Notes under the pieces: generated by a model | The model's database searches: none | The model's input: the letters and a program-made list of their open reading frames with translations, nothing else | What the model was told of the DNA's origin: nothing | Source: Candidatus Yonathbacteria bacterium | Lineage (GTDB): Bacteria > Patescibacteriota > Minisyncoccia > Phycocordibacterales > UBA1550 | Direction: 5' to 3' | Assembly (NCBI GenBank): GCA_016201355.1 | Contig: JACQCY010000011.1 | Span: forward strand, 1-44,183 | Length of the DNA stretch: 44,183 nucleotides | Part shown: positions 31,108 to 40,292 of the stretch, piece after piece | Layout of the letters: each line of letters begins with the position of its first letter | How positions within the stretch are numbered: position 1 is the first letter of the stretch | Position numbers and translations under genes: made by a program

Positions 31108-34100
31108 ATGGAGAATGAGGGGAAAAAACTTTCAAGTATTGCGCAAAGGGAAGAGGAAATCCTCTCTTTTTGGCGTGAGAAAAAAATCTTTGAGAAGACT
31201 CTTGAGCAAACGGAACATGGAGAAGCTTTTTCTTTTTATGATGGACCACCGTTTGCGACCGGAGTCCCTCACTATGGGCATATTGTTACGAGCGCTATAA
31301 AAGACGCGATTCCTCGCTATCAAACAATGTGCGGACGCCATGTTCGTCGTGTGTGGGGGTGGGACTGTCACGGGCTTCCTATCGAGAATCTCATAGAGGG
31401 AGAGCTGGGACTTCCACACAAAAAAGATATTGAGGAGTACGGTATTGGGAAATTTAATGAAGCGGCGCGCGCTTCGGTACTGCGCTACGATTCGTTATGG
31501 AAAGAAATGATTCCGCGTATTGGACGATGGATCGATATGGAGCATTCCTACAAGACGATGGACGCTTCTTATACCGAGTCGGTGTGGTGGGCTTTCAAAA
31601 CTCTGTATGAAAAAGGACTCATCTATCAAGGGTTCAAAGCAATGCAAATTTGCCCGCGCTGTGAGACGACACTCTCAAATAATGAAGTTGCGGACGGGTA
31701 CAAAGATATTACGGATATTTCGGTGACGGTGAAGTTTGAACTCGAAGAATCGAACACCAAAAACCTAACACCTAAAACCTATGTTTTGGCATGGACGACA
31801 ACACCGTGGACACTTCCGGGAAATGTGGCATTAGCGGTGAATTCGGATGAGGAATACATAAAGGTTTCAATAGGAACTGAAAAATATATTTTAGCGAAAG
31901 AACGCGCAGAGAAAATACTTGCAGGGAAAGAATATGAAATTATCTCACGGGTAAAAGGAAAGGATCTTGTTGGTAAGAAATACAAACCAATCTTTGATTA
32001 TTATTCAAAAGACGAATCTCTTGCCAACCATAAAAATGGTTGGAAAATATATGGCGCGGATTTTGTGACAATGGACAGCGGTACGGGGGTGGTACATATT
32101 GCGCCTGCTTTTGGCGAGGACGATATGGCTCTCGGCAAGAAAGAAAATTTGCCATTCATTCAACATATTTCAATGGATGGCATAATGAAAAAAGAGGTGC
32201 GTGATTTCGCCGGTGTTTCTGCAAAACCAAAAACAAAAGAGAAAGACGGACACCAATCGACAGATATTTTAATCATTAAACATCTTGCGGGGGTAGGCGC
32301 GCTCTTTTCAAAAGAAAAAATAATCCACGCATACCCTCATTGTTGGCGATGCGATACCCCACTCCTCAATTACGCCACGGAGTCGTGGTTTGTGAAAGTT
32401 ACCGATCTTAAGGGAAGACTTGTTGAGGAAAACGCAAAGACAAAGTGGGTCCCTGAAAATTTGCGCGACGGTCGTTTTGGTCAGTGGCTCCTAGGCGCGC
32501 GCGATTGGGCAATTTCTCGCTCACGGTTCTGGGGCGCGCCACTGCCGGTATGGAATTGTGATTCTTGTGAAAAGAGAAGCGTCTTTGGTTCGCGAGCAGA
32601 ATTAGCTCAGGCTACCAGAAAATCAGGAAATAAATATTTTGTAATGCGTCATGGAGAAGCTGAAAGCAATAGGGAGCGCATTGTCAGTTCAACTATTGCC
32701 ACGGGCAACAGTCACGGACTTACCGAGAAGGGAAGAAAAGAGGTAAAAGAGGCTAGTCAACGACTCGATCGAGAATCGATACAAATCATCATCTCCTCGC
32801 CTTTTCTTCGTGCAAGACAGACGGCAGAAAGTGTTGCAGATACGCTCGGGCTTAATTCAAAAGAAATAATCATCGACGAACGGCTCAAGGAGATAGACAC
32901 GGGTGTTTTTGACGGTAAATCCATTGATGATTATCGTGGATATTTTGCCTCAATGCGCGAGAAATTTATCAAGCGTCCTGAGAAGGGAGAAAATCTTCTC
33001 GATGTAAAGCGTCGTGTTATGGAGCTTATGGACGAGCTCGAAGAAAAATATCAAGGTAAAAATATTTTACTCGTAACTCATGAATATCCTCTCTGGATGA
33101 TTACCTCAGGAGTAGAAGGAGCGGATGTTGATCGAGCACTCGGAATAAAAGAGGGGAATGATGATTTTATAAAAACGGGAGAAATAAAAGAGATACCTTT
33201 TACCTTATTCCCCCACAATGCTGAATATGAATTTGATATGCATCGTCCCTATATTGATAATGTTCCTGTTGTGTGTTCGTGCGGGGGGAAAATGCTCCGT
33301 GTACCCTATGTCTTTGACTGTTGGTTTGAATCCGGTTCTATGCCGTATGCGCAATTTCATTATCCATTTGAGAACAAGGAATTGTTTGAAAAAAATTTCC
33401 CTGCGAATTTTATTGCCGAGGGAATCGATCAGACGCGCGGATGGTTCTATAATATGCTCAATCTCTCGGTGGGACTTTTTGGAAAAGCTCCCTTTAAAAA
33501 TGTACTCGTGAATGGTCTTGTCCTTGCCGAGGATGGACAGAAGATGTCAAAGCGTCTTAAAAATTATCCAGATCCGCTTGATATTATCAACAGATATGGC
33601 GCAGATGCGATGCGGTATTATCTATTGTCGTCACCGCTCGTTCATGCGGAGGATTTTGCTTTTTCTGAGAAAGGAGTGGATGAGGTGGTAAAGAAAGTGC
33701 TTATGCGTCTTCTCAATGTCCTCTCGTTTTACGAGCTTCATAAGTCAAAGAAGGGTGAATCAAAAAATACCAAAGAAAATATTTTAGATCAATGGATATT
33801 ATCTCGCCTCGCAGAACTTGGCAATGAGATGACGCTCTCCTTGGATAAATATGAACTCGAACGTGCGATAAAACCAATTGGGCTTTTCGTTGACGACCTC
33901 TCCACCTGGTACCTTCGCCGTTCACGGGATCGATTTAAGTCAGACGATGAAGAGGAGCGCACGCAAGCGATAGAAACAACACGAGAAGTATTTTTTGAGT
34001 TTTCAAAATTGATAGCTCCCATAATGCCATTTATGGCGGATCATATTTATTTAAAAATGGAAGGAGAAAAAGAGAGCGTGCATTTGGAAGAATGGCCTGT

Positions 34101-34602
34101 TTTTAGTGAGCCAAACCAAGATGCTCTCGCGTGGATGAAACAAATAAGACAAATTGTTTCCCTAGCTCTTGAGGCTCGCGCAAAAGCTGAGATAAAAGTG
34201 CGCCAACCGCTACACGAGTTAAAAGTTAAAAGTGGAAAGTTGAAAGTGGGATACGCGGAACTTATTAAAGACGAGGTAAATGTAAAAGAAGTCGTATTTG
34301 ACGATGCAATGTCCGAAGAAGTGGAGCTTGATACTATTATTACCCCGGAGCTCAAACAAGAGGGGCAATTTCGCGAGCTTGCGCGCGCGGTGCAAGAGCT
34401 TCGCAAGACAAAAGGACTTACGCCATCGGATATGGCGACACTTGAGATTGGGGCGGACGAAGAGGGACGCGCTCTCGTTGATGCATTTAGCGACGAACTC
34501 AAAAAAACATCACTTCTAAATGAAATTGTGTTTAAAGAGGTGCAAGGCGAGTCAGTGGATGCAAATGGCATTTTGTTTACGATAGCGTTAAGTAGAAAAT
34601 AG
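31108..34602 (+). CDS. ileS: Isoleucine--tRNA ligase (type 2) carrying an inserted histidine-phosphatase domain
   Basis: HIGH = PHYGHIV, editing domain TTPWTLPGN, WAISRSRFWGAPLPVW, FDCWFESGSMPYAQ, EGIDQTRGWFY and KMSKRL. At 1164 aa it is longer than usual because of the insert at 32620-33207. Confidence 0.93.
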   Translation: MENEGKKLSSIAQREEEILSFWREKKIFEKTLEQTEHGEAFSFYDGPPFATGVPHYGHIVTSAIKDAIPRYQTMCGRHVRRVWGWDCHGLPIENLIEGELGLPHKKDIEEYGIGKFNEAARASVLRYDSLWKEMIPRIGRWIDMEHSYKTMDASYTESVWWAFKTLYEKGLIYQGFKAMQICPRCETTLSNNEVADGYKDITDISVTVKFELEESNTKNLTPKTYVLAWTTTPWTLPGNVALAVNSDEEYIKVSIGTEKYILAKERAEKILAGKEYEIISRVKGKDLVGKKYKPIFDYYSKDESLANHKNGWKIYGADFVTMDSGTGVVHIAPAFGEDDMALGKKENLPFIQHISMDGIMKKEVRDFAGVSAKPKTKEKDGHQSTDILIIKHLAGVGALFSKEKIIHAYPHCWRCDTPLLNYATESWFVKVTDLKGRLVEENAKTKWVPENLRDGRFGQWLLGARDWAISRSRFWGAPLPVWNCDSCEKRSVFGSRAELAQATRKSGNKYFVMRHGEAESNRERIVSSTIATGNSHGLTEKGRKEVKEASQRLDRESIQIIISSPFLRARQTAESVADTLGLNSKEIIIDERLKEIDTGVFDGKSIDDYRGYFASMREKFIKRPEKGENLLDVKRRVMELMDELEEKYQGKNILLVTHEYPLWMITSGVEGADVDRALGIKEGNDDFIKTGEIKEIPFTLFPHNAEYEFDMHRPYIDNVPVVCSCGGKMLRVPYVFDCWFESGSMPYAQFHYPFENKELFEKNFPANFIAEGIDQTRGWFYNMLNLSVGLFGKAPFKNVLVNGLVLAEDGQKMSKRLKNYPDPLDIINRYGADAMRYYLLSSPLVHAEDFAFSEKGVDEVVKKVLMRLLNVLSFYELHKSKKGESKNTKENILDQWILSRLAELGNEMTLSLDKYELERAIKPIGLFVDDLSTWYLRRSRDRFKSDDEEERTQAIETTREVFFEFSKLIAPIMPFMADHIYLKMEGEKESVHLEEWPVFSEPNQDALAWMKQIRQIVSLALEARAKAEIKVRQPLHELKVKSGKLKVGYAELIKDEVNVKEVVFDDAMSEEVELDTIITPELKQEGQFRELARAVQELRKTKGLTPSDMATLEIGADEEGRALVDAFSDELKKTSLLNEIVFKEVQGESVDANGILFTIALSRK
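32620..33207 (+). other. In-frame inserted domain inside ileS: histidine phosphatase (phosphoglycerate-mutase-like) superfamily
   Basis: Signature elements in order: YFVMRHGEAESN, SSPFLRARQTAE, ERLKEIDTGVFDG and ILLVTHEYPLWMI. The insert is flanked by collinear IleRS sequence (..SRAELAQATRKS | ..FDMHRPYIDNVP). Confidence 0.75.
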
Positions 34603-34685
34603 TAAATAGTAAGTAGAAAATAGAATAAATTCAAAAATTCTATTTCTCATTCCCTCTTCTACTTACTACTTTCTATTTACTATTT
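34597..34685. repeat. Family-B word hairpin (copy 3) overlapping the ileS stop codon
   Basis: Three perfect stem segments: 34597-34609 with 34673-34685 (13 bp), 34609-34618 with 34657-34666 (10 bp), and 34619-34626 with 34637-34644 (8 bp). The exact 21-mer lies at 34605-34625. Confidence 0.78.
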
Positions 34686-34701
34686 TCTGCATATTACTAT
34701 T

Positions 34702-35289
34702 ATGTCCCACCATATTTACCACACACGAGGGATTATCTTGGGCAGTATTGCTATTGGTGAAGCGAATAGATTTTATAAAATTTTTACCGAGGAGCTCGGG
34801 CTTGTTTGGGTGTCTGCTCAGTCTGTTCGTATGGAAAAATCAAAGCTCCGTTACTCCTTACAGCACTATGTATGGGTCACACTTGATTTGGTAAAGGGGC
34901 GCGAAGTGTGGCGCATTACGAGTGCCCAAGAAGATGTAATACACACAATTCTTCGGACGGATACAAAACATTTTAAGATGTTTGCAGAGATATGCGCGCT
35001 TGTCTCGCGTATGGTTCACGGTGAAAGGCAAGAAGAAGGGCTTTTTAAAGATCTTTTTGAATTGGCAAATTTTCTCGAACAGAAGGAAATCCCTGATGAT
35101 CTCGTACAATCTTTCCAAGTTTTTGCCTCCGCGCGGGTGTTGGCATGGTTGGGGTATTTTGATGATTCTCTTAATGAGCAATTCACCAAGACGGATAAAT
35201 GGTCTATTGATATGCTCAAAATTTTTGAAAAGGAGAGAGAGGCAGTCTCTCTTAAAATCGATGAAGCGCTCCACGCTTCGCATTTATAG
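34702..35289 (+). CDS. recO: DNA repair protein RecO (short, no zinc finger)
   Basis: The N-terminal OB-fold pattern HTRGIILGSIAIGEANRFYKIFTEELGLVWVSAQSVRMEKSKLRYSLQ..VKGREVWRITSAQ resembles RecO. Assignment is by pattern only. Confidence 0.55.
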   Translation: MSHHIYHTRGIILGSIAIGEANRFYKIFTEELGLVWVSAQSVRMEKSKLRYSLQHYVWVTLDLVKGREVWRITSAQEDVIHTILRTDTKHFKMFAEICALVSRMVHGERQEEGLFKDLFELANFLEQKEIPDDLVQSFQVFASARVLAWLGYFDDSLNEQFTKTDKWSIDMLKIFEKEREAVSLKIDEALHASHL

Positions 35290-35351
35290 TGTTGAGATGG
35301 GTTCTCATATTTTCGATATTCAATAGTTTTTCTCCATGGTATACTAAAATA

Positions 35352-37280
35352 ATGACAGACGACACGAAGAACAAAATTGAACAACTTGAAAAAGAGCTCT
35401 ATTCAAAAGATTTTCAGCCTCATCGAGTCGATGATGGGATTCTCCACAAAGAGCTATCAAAGGTAACTCCTGTGTGGGAAGACAAACAGAGTGAGGCGAC
35501 ACGGTTTGCAAAAGACCTTGCTGATGAAAAAATGCGCAAGATAAAATTTCAAAAAATAGTGAAGAAGTTTGTATCAATCTCGATAGGTTTTTTCGCTCTG
35601 GCGGCGGTGGTTTCTGGTTTTTTGTGGTTAAGGGGAGGGAATACTGTCTCTGGAGATAATATTATTATCGATACTTCTTTGCCCGTTGCGGTCGCGGGAG
35701 GGGAGCCGTTCAAAACTACATTTACTGTCTCAAACAATAATAAAGTACCTATCGAAGAAGCAACGCTCTTTATCGAGTATCCGGCAGGTTTTTATTCTCC
35801 CGCAACCAAAGAAGATCTTTTGCGAACCACGAAAACTCTCGGGACAATCAACCCCGGGCAAATGATTGCTGAGAATATAGATACTTTTGTGTACGGAGAG
35901 GAAAACACGAAAAAGGAAGTTAACCTTACTCTTGAATATCGTATCACGGGGTCAAATGCCACGCTCAGAAAATTCACAACATACAGCGTTAAGATTTTAT
36001 CATCCCCAGTAAAGGTGAGCCTCAATATGCTCAAAGAGGCAAGTTCAGGACAAGAAGTAGAGATGACTCTGGGAATTGATTCAAATAGCCAGACTTCCCT
36101 GAGAAGGCTTCTTCTTGAGGCGTCTTATCCTTCCGGGTTTATATTCAAAAGTGCAGAACCGGCGCCTTCGTCGGGGAATAATTTTTGGGATATTGATACT
36201 CTTGAAACGCAAGAAAAGAGGGTGTTCAAGATCAAGGGTGTTATGAGCGGACAAGAAGGGGAAGAGAAGATTGTTAAGATTTCAATAGGAACCAAAAGCG
36301 CGAACGATGGACGGTCGATAGGAGTTGTATACAATACCGTTGATGAGACTCTGGTCATCAAGCGGCCATTTCTCGGGCTTGATTTGACTATCGACGGGGA
36401 CAGTTCTCCCGAACATTCAGTACCGTATGGAAAGGGTGTCCGCGTGGATATTGCATGGCAAAACAACAATCCTACAAAGATTACCGATGCGGTCATTGAA
36501 GTAAAAATTAAAGGTATGGCGCTTAATCGATATTCAATTGCTCCTTCGATGGGAGGGTTTTATCGCTCATCTGATGATACGATTATTTGGGAAAAGATGG
36601 GGAATCCCGAGCTTGCCGTCATCGAGCCGGGTGGACGCGGGCGTATGAATTTTAATTTCTCTCCAAAACTCTTTGGTGTTGATACGGGGAGCATTATCAA
36701 GAATCAAGAGATTGTCATCGAAGTAGGCGCGCGCGCGCGACGTACTTCGGATGCCAATGTTTCTGAAAATGTAACGACCTTTATGATGCGCAAGGTGAGG
36801 GTTGAGACGAATGTTTACCTCTCTGTGCGCGGATTGTATTTTTCGGGACCGTTTAGTAATTCTGGTCCGCTTCCTCCGCGCGTAGATCAAGAGACGACCT
36901 ACACGATTGTGTGGACGGTAAGAAATACTTCAAATGATATTTCCAATATCTTTGTGAAGACGACCCTTCCCCTCTATGTGAAGTGGCTGGGGAAGATATC
37001 GCCTGAAGATGAAGATATTTCATACAATGAGAACGAGTCTTCGGTGATGTGGAGCGCGGGGCGGATTCCTTCCGGGGGGACGCGCGAAGCGGCATTCCAG
37101 ATTTCTTTTCTTCCGAGCTTAAGTCAGCTTGGGCAGACCCCGCTCCTTACGGGAGAGTATTCTCTCACGGTTTTTGACGATTTTACCAAGACTGAAGTTT
37201 CAGACCGTAAGCCGTCTGTTAAGATTGCGCTTCCTTCCGACCCGCAATTTAGCGAGAATCAGGGCGTTGTGGTACAATAG
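35352..37280 (+). CDS. Large membrane-anchored extracytoplasmic protein with repeated beta-sandwich-like segments (hypothetical)
   Basis: About 642 aa from ATG 35352. It has an N-terminal coiled segment, a single TM (FVSISIGFFALAAVVSGFLWL), then repeated segments of the type 'V..G..F...F.V.N...' No catalytic motif recognised. Confidence 0.5.
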   Translation: MTDDTKNKIEQLEKELYSKDFQPHRVDDGILHKELSKVTPVWEDKQSEATRFAKDLADEKMRKIKFQKIVKKFVSISIGFFALAAVVSGFLWLRGGNTVSGDNIIIDTSLPVAVAGGEPFKTTFTVSNNNKVPIEEATLFIEYPAGFYSPATKEDLLRTTKTLGTINPGQMIAENIDTFVYGEENTKKEVNLTLEYRITGSNATLRKFTTYSVKILSSPVKVSLNMLKEASSGQEVEMTLGIDSNSQTSLRRLLLEASYPSGFIFKSAEPAPSSGNNFWDIDTLETQEKRVFKIKGVMSGQEGEEKIVKISIGTKSANDGRSIGVVYNTVDETLVIKRPFLGLDLTIDGDSSPEHSVPYGKGVRVDIAWQNNNPTKITDAVIEVKIKGMALNRYSIAPSMGGFYRSSDDTIIWEKMGNPELAVIEPGGRGRMNFNFSPKLFGVDTGSIIKNQEIVIEVGARARRTSDANVSENVTTFMMRKVRVETNVYLSVRGLYFSGPFSNSGPLPPRVDQETTYTIVWTVRNTSNDISNIFVKTTLPLYVKWLGKISPEDEDISYNENESSVMWSAGRIPSGGTREAAFQISFLPSLSQLGQTPLLTGEYSLTVFDDFTKTEVSDRKPSVKIALPSDPQFSENQGVVVQ

Positions 37281-37312
37281 GAGGAAGTTTATAATTGATA
37301 GCCCATAGTTTA

Positions 37313-37344
37313 TAGTGAATTCACTAATGACTAATGACTAATGA
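37313..37344. repeat. 14-bp perfect palindrome followed by the heptamer CTAATGA x3 at the glyQS start region
   Basis: TAGTGAATTCACTA lies at 37313-37326. CTAATGA is repeated in tandem at 37324-37344, creating three ATGs in three frames. Confidence 0.6.
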
Positions 37345-38728
37345 CTACCCAAAAGATATGATGGAAAAACTCGTGTCGCTCTGCAAGCGACGCGGTTTTA
37401 TTTATCAAGGGTCCGAGATCTATGGCGGACTCGCGGGAACCTATGATTACGGACCTCTGGGAGTTGCGCTCAAAAAGAATATTGAAAATTTGTGGTGGAG
37501 GTATTTTGTCGATTCCCGCGACGATATGTATGGCATTGATTCTGCTATTTTAATGAACCCAAAAGTATGGGAAGCGAGCGGGCATGTAGGGGGATTTAAT
37601 GATCCTCTTGTCTCGGATATAAAGACAAAGAAACGCTATCGCGCGGATCATTTGCTTGAGGAAGTTGGCGTCAACCCTAGAGGAATGTCCCTTGAGCAAA
37701 TGGGGGCAGCGATTCAAGAGAAGGGGATTAAAAGTCCCGATGGCAATCCGCTTACCACGCCTCAGCAATTTAATATGATGTTTAAGACCTCTGTCGGTTC
37801 GGTGGATGGCTCTGATACGATCGTCTATATGCGTCCCGAGACTGCGCAAGGTATGTTTGTGAATTTTAAGAATATTATGGACTCGTATCACCCGAAGCTT
37901 CCTTTCGGGATAGCGCAAATCGGTCGCAATTTTCGCAATGAGATTGCGCCCCGCGATTTCATCTTTCGTGTGCGTGAACTTGAAATTATGGAGTTTGAGT
38001 ATTTTATTGAAGAAAAGATGTGGGCAGAACAATTTACTTATTGGCAAGGACAGATGATGGGGTGGTTTAAACTTCTCGGTTTTGGAGAGGATGATATAAA
38101 GCAGATAGAAATTTCAGACGGGGAGCGCGCGCATTACAGCAAACGCACTATTGATTTTCATTTTAAATACGCGCAGAAATTTGATGAGATCGGGGGACTT
38201 GCATATCGTACTGATTTTGATCTTAAAAATCATATAGAGCATAGCGGTATTGATTTACGGTACCACGATCCTGTCACGAATGAAAAATTTGTTCCCCATA
38301 CTCTTGAGCCGACTTTTGGTGTAGGGCGTCATCTGCTTGCGGTTCTTACAAAGGCGTACACGGAAGACGATTTTGGGGGAGAGAAGCGTATCCTTCTAAA
38401 ACTTCCGCCAGCTCTTGCCCCTATCAAAGCTGCCGTATCACCACTTCTAAAAAATAAACCGGAGATTGTGGCTAAAGCGCGCAAAGTGTACGAGATGCTC
38501 AAAAAAGATATTCCGCAGATTTCGTGGGATGATAATGGAAATGTGGGCAAGCGCTACCGCCGTCAAGATGAAATCGGCACGCCTTTTTGTATTGTCATTG
38601 ACTTTGATACCCTCGGAGAGAATCCGGAAAATAAAGATACGGTGACCATCCGTCATCGTGACACTGGCGAGCAAGAGCGTTTACCGATTTCTGAATTGAC
38701 CAATTACATAAAGAGTGCTATTCTGTAA
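37334..38728 (+). CDS. glyQS: Glycine--tRNA ligase (alpha2 GlyQS type)
   Basis: RRGFIYQGSEIYGGLAGTYDYGPLG, RPETAQGMFVNF and GIAQIGRNFRNEIAPR, with an anticodon-binding C-terminus. The conserved sequence starts at MMEKLVSL (ATG 37358/37361). Confidence 0.92.
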   Translation: MTNDYPKDMMEKLVSLCKRRGFIYQGSEIYGGLAGTYDYGPLGVALKKNIENLWWRYFVDSRDDMYGIDSAILMNPKVWEASGHVGGFNDPLVSDIKTKKRYRADHLLEEVGVNPRGMSLEQMGAAIQEKGIKSPDGNPLTTPQQFNMMFKTSVGSVDGSDTIVYMRPETAQGMFVNFKNIMDSYHPKLPFGIAQIGRNFRNEIAPRDFIFRVRELEIMEFEYFIEEKMWAEQFTYWQGQMMGWFKLLGFGEDDIKQIEISDGERAHYSKRTIDFHFKYAQKFDEIGGLAYRTDFDLKNHIEHSGIDLRYHDPVTNEKFVPHTLEPTFGVGRHLLAVLTKAYTEDDFGGEKRILLKLPPALAPIKAAVSPLLKNKPEIVAKARKVYEMLKKDIPQISWDDNGNVGKRYRRQDEIGTPFCIVIDFDTLGENPENKDTVTIRHRDTGEQERLPISELTNYIKSAIL

Positions 38729-38770
38729 AAAGGAGAAGAGTAATAATTGGTTAATAAAAGAGGAGGTAGT

Positions 38771-38935
38771 GTGAAAACAATATTATTCGCTGCAGGATTT
38801 GTCGTGGCGTTTACCCTGTTTGTTTACATCTGCTGGGAAAGTAAAGATGAGATTATACGATGGTGGGTGAAGTGGGTGTACTTCATCTTTGCTGTTATTT
38901 TTGGAGCTTTGCTCTACACGCTATGGTATGGATGA
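38771..38935 (+). CDS. Small two-TM membrane protein (54 aa), SD-led
   Basis: AGGAGG (38761-38766), 4 nt, then GTG 38771. The product is KTILFAAGFVVAFTLFVYICW...VYFIFAVIFGALLYTLWYG, and a terminator follows. The ORF-track start is TTG 38747. Confidence 0.5.
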   Translation: MKTILFAAGFVVAFTLFVYICWESKDEIIRWWVKWVYFIFAVIFGALLYTLWYG

Positions 38936-38947
38936 TTTTTTTAAGAA

Positions 38948-38977
38948 AGGCTCGCGCAAGTGCGAGCCTTTTGTTTT
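38948..38977 (+). terminator. Intrinsic terminator
   Basis: AGGCTCGC-GCAAGT-GCGAGCCT followed by TTTGTTTT. Confidence 0.7.
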
Positions 38978-39009
38978 GTGGCTGTTAGTCTTTGTGATAA
39001 ACTAACGGG

Positions 39010-40281
39010 ATGAAGTTTAAGAAAAAAGTTTTATCAAACGGGCTGAGGTCGATTGTGATACCGATGGCGGACAATCCCACGGTGACCGTACTTGTGCTGG
39101 TGGAAGCGGGTTCAAAATATGAAACAAAAGAGAAAAACGGCATCTCTCATTTTCTTGAACATATGTGTTTCAAGGGGACGGTTAATCGTCCTACTTCCAA
39201 TGATATTTCAAAAGAGCTTGATGGACTCGGTTGTGAGTCTAATGCGTTTACGGGGCAGGAAGTAACGGGGTATTATGCGAAAGGGAAAGCTACTGATTTT
39301 CTCAAACTTCTTGATATTGTTTCTGACCTCTATCTCAACCCGCTTCTTAATCAAGAGGAAATTGAAAAAGAAAAAGGAGTTATTGTTGATGAGATTAATA
39401 TGTATGAGGATATTCCTATGCGCAAGGTTGGCAATGTGTGGATGGAGCTTCTCTATGGCAATCAGCCTGCAGGGTGGACAATATCCGGCGCGCGCGAAGG
39501 GGTTCGCAAGATGAAGCGAGGTGACCTTATTTCGTATCGAAAGGCGCATTATGTTGCGGAAGCGACAACCGTGGTCATTGCGGGCAATGTAAACGAGAGT
39601 TTGGTGTTTAAGGAAATCGCGAAAAGTTTTAAAAATGTTGCAGCCAGCAAAAAAAGAGGGAAGAAGAAAACGCGTACCGCGCAAACAGCTCCTCGTGTTT
39701 TAATTCACCACAAAGATACTGATCAATCGCATTTCATTCTCGGTACGCACTCATTTCCTATCGGTGATAAAAGAAATCCCATACTCGCTGTCCTTGCGGG
39801 AGTATTGGGTAGCGGTATGTCGTCGCGTCTTTTTCGAAAGATTCGAGAGGAGATGGGGGTGGGGTATTATGTGAATGCAAGCAATTCAGCATTTACGGAT
39901 CATGGGTTTTTCGCGGTATCTGCCGGTGTTGCCAATGATCGCATAGGCGAAGTTGTAAAAGTGGTTCTTTCTGAATTTGAATTGCTTAAAAAAGAACTTG
40001 TTTCTCAGGAAGAAATCAATAAAGTAAAAGAGCATTTGATAGGGACGATGTATCTCGGTCTTGAGTCGTCGGATAGTCTTGCGGAGTTCTGTGGTATCCA
40101 GGAAATCATCCGTCACGAGGTTCGCACCCCGCAAGAAAAAGAACGCCTCATTCGCGCGGTTACCAGCGAGCAAGTGAGAAATATGGCGCGTAAAATTTTT
40201 ATAGAGAAAAAGCTCAACCTCGCCCTTATCGGACCGTTTAAGGATTTAATCAAATTCCAGAAGATTTTAAAGATAAAGTAA
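39010..40281 (+). CDS. M16-family (pitrilysin/insulinase-like) zinc peptidase
   Basis: The HxxEH motif lies in GISHFLEHMCFKGT. 423 aa with the two-domain M16 layout. Confidence 0.85.
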   Translation: MKFKKKVLSNGLRSIVIPMADNPTVTVLVLVEAGSKYETKEKNGISHFLEHMCFKGTVNRPTSNDISKELDGLGCESNAFTGQEVTGYYAKGKATDFLKLLDIVSDLYLNPLLNQEEIEKEKGVIVDEINMYEDIPMRKVGNVWMELLYGNQPAGWTISGAREGVRKMKRGDLISYRKAHYVAEATTVVIAGNVNESLVFKEIAKSFKNVAASKKRGKKKTRTAQTAPRVLIHHKDTDQSHFILGTHSFPIGDKRNPILAVLAGVLGSGMSSRLFRKIREEMGVGYYVNASNSAFTDHGFFAVSAGVANDRIGEVVKVVLSEFELLKKELVSQEEINKVKEHLIGTMYLGLESSDSLAEFCGIQEIIRHEVRTPQEKERLIRAVTSEQVRNMARKIFIEKKLNLALIGPFKDLIKFQKILKIK

Positions 40282-40292
40282 TTTAAGGTATT

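Noticed and set aside
32620-33207. Intein or mobile intron inside ileS
   Set aside because: There are no intein splice-junction residues or endonuclease motifs. The insert has an uninterrupted frame and a complete metabolic-enzyme (histidine phosphatase) motif set.
34047-34634. 195-aa Ser-rich ORF on the minus strand
   Set aside because: It is antisense to the conserved C-terminal part of ileS. It has low-complexity composition and no start context.
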